Source: Candidatus Bathyarchaeota archaeon
Lineage (GTDB): Archaea; Thermoproteota; Bathyarchaeia; 40CM-2-53-6
Assembly (NCBI GenBank): GCA_963733055.1
Contig: CAVTBR010000001.1
Span: 544,001 to 608,000 of the forward strand
DNA length: 64,000 nucleotides
Direction of reading: 5' to 3'
This document shows positions 61,721 to 64,000 of this stretch, in pieces. Position numbers and translations under genes: made by a program. The notes beneath the pieces are model-generated. The model was given only the letters and a program-made list of their open reading frames with translations. It was not told the DNA's origin and did not search any database. Positions within the stretch are counted from its first letter, which is position 1, and the number at the start of each line of letters is the position of its first letter.

Positions 61721-63457
61721 TCATTCAAGGGTTGGAATAGGATGGTCGTAGGATAGGTTTTCGTTGAAGTATCTGTCCCTGTGGGAAATTATCTGTTGAT
61801 ATTGCGGGAATCCGTTCAATTTCACTTGCCGAGGGAGGTCATGCTCAAGCATAATTAGCTTGGCGTGAGGCGTGTAAACCACTCTGCGACCTATTCGTTG
61901 CTGTGAGAGACAATAGCCGATGTCAGCTGCGGTTTCGAGGTTGGTGTCAAAGCCTCCGAGCATACTGAACACTTCGCGAGGAGTGGCGAGACAGCAACCG
62001 GATACCGCGTTTAGGTCTCTGAACCATTCGGTGTGCCCCAGAGCGAGAGAAGACACTTCTCGCGCACCTCTGAAAAGATAGTCTGAAAGGCCAATGACAA
62101 TTCCTCCATGCAGTATCCTATGATTAGTTGTTAGGATCATGCATCCAACCGCCCCCACTCCGTTAATTGCAGCCCACCCGGTTAACTCTTCAAGCCAGCC
62201 TGCACTCGACACCTCCGTAAGCGAGTCAAGGAACACCAGCACCTTACCGGAAGCATTCTTCGCTCCTTCGTTGTAGGCCGCATACTGCTCAAAACGAGAA
62301 TGGAGGGGTACAGGCTGCACGTCACTAATATCAAGGTCCATCCGATCAGAAGTTACAACGATTATCTCAAAATTCTTGTAAGACGACTTACATTTGACCG
62401 AGTTGACGCAACGACGAATGGCGGTCTTTTGAGTACCCGTGATGATTACCGAAACCAGAGGACTGTCCGGAAGCTTCCATTTAACCCGTAAGGCGCCAGA
62501 TGCATGTCGCTGCGCTTTCCCATATACTTGATTCCGTTCAAGACACTGATCTACAACTCGCAGCTGCGCCGTTCTAGCGTACGGTTTTGCATGGAACCCG
62601 ACCGCCGAGACTGAAGATGGTGCCTCTCTCCAGTGATACAAGATCTTGGGTACGTGGGCAATTTTATCACTGTGCTCCGTGGCTCTGAGGAACAGATCCC
62701 AATCCTGCGCGCCGTCGGTTTCTGGCCTAAAACCTCCCAGGCTCTTCGTGAGTGTCGACCTGAGCACACAGAGATGTGCAAGATAATTTACTGAGAGCAT
62801 CATGTCAGGAGACCAATCAGGCTTGAAAAGAGGGTCAACTCGTTTTCCGTCGAACAACATGCGGTCCGAGTCAGAGTAGATGACAGCACTCTCAGCAATT
62901 CGGTTTAGGAGGGACACGACCTCGAATAGTGCGAAAGGAGCTAGTAGGTCGTCGTGATCAAGGAATGCAAGGAAATCGCCGCGAGCCAGATCCAGAGCCT
63001 TGTTCGAATTTGCGGAAATTCCAAGATTCCTCTCCAAGAATTCGATTCTCGTGTTCTCATTTTGCTTCGCAAATTCCCTAAGATAGTCTGTTACTTCTTT
63101 CCTTGAGCCTCCATCAACGATGCATAGTTCCCAGTTCTCATAGGTCTGCACGACAACAGATTTGAGCGTTTCAGCCAATAGATCGAGTGGAGGATTCCAA
63201 ACGGGAGTTATTATGCTAATCAGAGGACGATAGCTAAACTTCTTCGAAATAAGAGGTTGTTCTGCAAGGGCGGCATCAGACGGTTCGCTTCGCGCTATCC
63301 AACCAGCATAATCCCGAGCAGGCACAGATGGGCCGAGAACGTAAAACGCGCGCATTCGAATTTTCTCTAGTGCTTGTGAAGCTAGTGAACCAAGCCCTTC
63401 GTCTCTCGCAAGATCTAGGCTCCGTTGCACAATTTTCTTGAGTTCAAGCAACTCCAT
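61721..63457 (-). CDS. Bi-domain GT2 glycosyltransferase
   Basis: TPVWN, FLDHDD, KPDWSP, GAQDWD, LYHWR. The second GT2 domain is degenerate. Ends DRYFNENLS. Confidence 0.85.
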   Translation of the reverse strand: MELLELKKIVQRSLDLARDEGLGSLASQALEKIRMRAFYVLGPSVPARDYAGWIARSEPSDAALAEQPLISKKFSYRPLISIITPVWNPPLDLLAETLKSVVVQTYENWELCIVDGGSRKEVTDYLREFAKQNENTRIEFLERNLGISANSNKALDLARGDFLAFLDHDDLLAPFALFEVVSLLNRIAESAVIYSDSDRMLFDGKRVDPLFKPDWSPDMMLSVNYLAHLCVLRSTLTKSLGGFRPETDGAQDWDLFLRATEHSDKIAHVPKILYHWREAPSSVSAVGFHAKPYARTAQLRVVDQCLERNQVYGKAQRHASGALRVKWKLPDSPLVSVIITGTQKTAIRRCVNSVKCKSSYKNFEIIVVTSDRMDLDISDVQPVPLHSRFEQYAAYNEGAKNASGKVLVFLDSLTEVSSAGWLEELTGWAAINGVGAVGCMILTTNHRILHGGIVIGLSDYLFRGAREVSSLALGHTEWFRDLNAVSGCCLATPREVFSMLGGFDTNLETAADIGYCLSQQRIGRRVVYTPHAKLIMLEHDLPRQVKLNGFPQYQQIISHRDRYFNENLSYDHPIPTLE

Positions 63458-63588
63458 TCACAACATTAACCATCGGCGGGGTATTTCGTTTCCAGCTACA
63501 GCGTTCGGGCTGACGGATCGACGAAACCTAACTCCTCCACATATCGGGTGTATCCAATGGATTGAAAACTCTAGTTTTCCGATTCTCA

Positions 63589-64000
63589 TCATGACTTAAC
63601 GGATGGAAAGTCGTCCCGCACGTCGGTGCGATACAGATCGGTCGTCTCTGAAGACGTACCGAAGGCCCTAGTCTCTCCGTTCAATAAGTAGAGGCCCTTC
63701 TCACAAAAATCTGTGACCAGCTTTAGACTGTGAGATACAAGCACAATTGTTTTGCCTTCCTTTTTGAATTGTCTGAATCTTTCCAGGCATTTCTCTTGAA
63801 ACTCCATGTCACCAACAGCTAACGCCTCATCGATCAGGAAAATGTCAGCCGCAGATTCGATTGCAATCGAAAATGCAAGCCTCACGTGCATCCCGGACGA
63901 AAGATGCTTGAGTTTCGTATCTTGGAATTTCTCCAATCCCGCGAATTGTATTATTGGCTCCTCGAGAAGTTTCATATCTGATCTAGACCTACCCATGATT
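63589..64000 (-). CDS. Wzt/TagH-like polysaccharide ABC exporter ATPase (5' truncated by window edge)
   Basis: LSSGMHVRLAFS, LIDEALAVGDMEFQEKC, VSHS. Confidence 0.88.
   Translation of the reverse strand, partial: IMGRSRSDMKLLEEPIIQFAGLEKFQDTKLKHLSSGMHVRLAFSIAIESAADIFLIDEALAVGDMEFQEKCLERFRQFKKEGKTIVLVSHSLKLVTDFCEKGLYLLNGETRAFGTSSETTDLYRTDVRDDFPSVKS

Overview
Archaeal chromosomal window. The gene set (aCPSF1, Lsm-rpl37e, dph5, CTP-dependent riboflavin kinase, two proteasome beta subunits, SepF, an arcadin-1-like gene, a multi-intron tRNA) fits a TACK-lineage archaeon such as Bathyarchaeia; the taxon is an inference. Positions 1-36.2 kb are mostly housekeeping: RPA, Lhr helicase, psmB, aCPSF1/FttA carrying a 507-aa LAGLIDADG intein, FKBP, P-type H+-ATPase, M50-CBS protease, beta-carbonic anhydrase, SerA-like dehydrogenase, an orphan DNA methyltransferase, Ubl plus rhodanese, tRNA-Lys(CUU) with three introns, dph5, ribL, ribK, nfi, translin, acnA and rtcA. 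Positions 36.4-64 kb form a cell-surface island. It contains a ~2,350-aa secreted protein of ~21 Cys-containing Ig-like repeats, translationally coupled to a Thr-rich CFI-box-CTERM protein. Next to these is a glycosylation cluster with five GT-C-like membrane proteins, WsaE/WsaF-like glycosyl- and methyltransferases and a Wzt ABC ATPase. Ten genes carry single-base frameshifts, most likely consensus-sequence errors. Three small ORFs missed by the ORF track and two structured intergenic ncRNA candidates were also found. All family assignments come from motif recognition by eye, not database searches.
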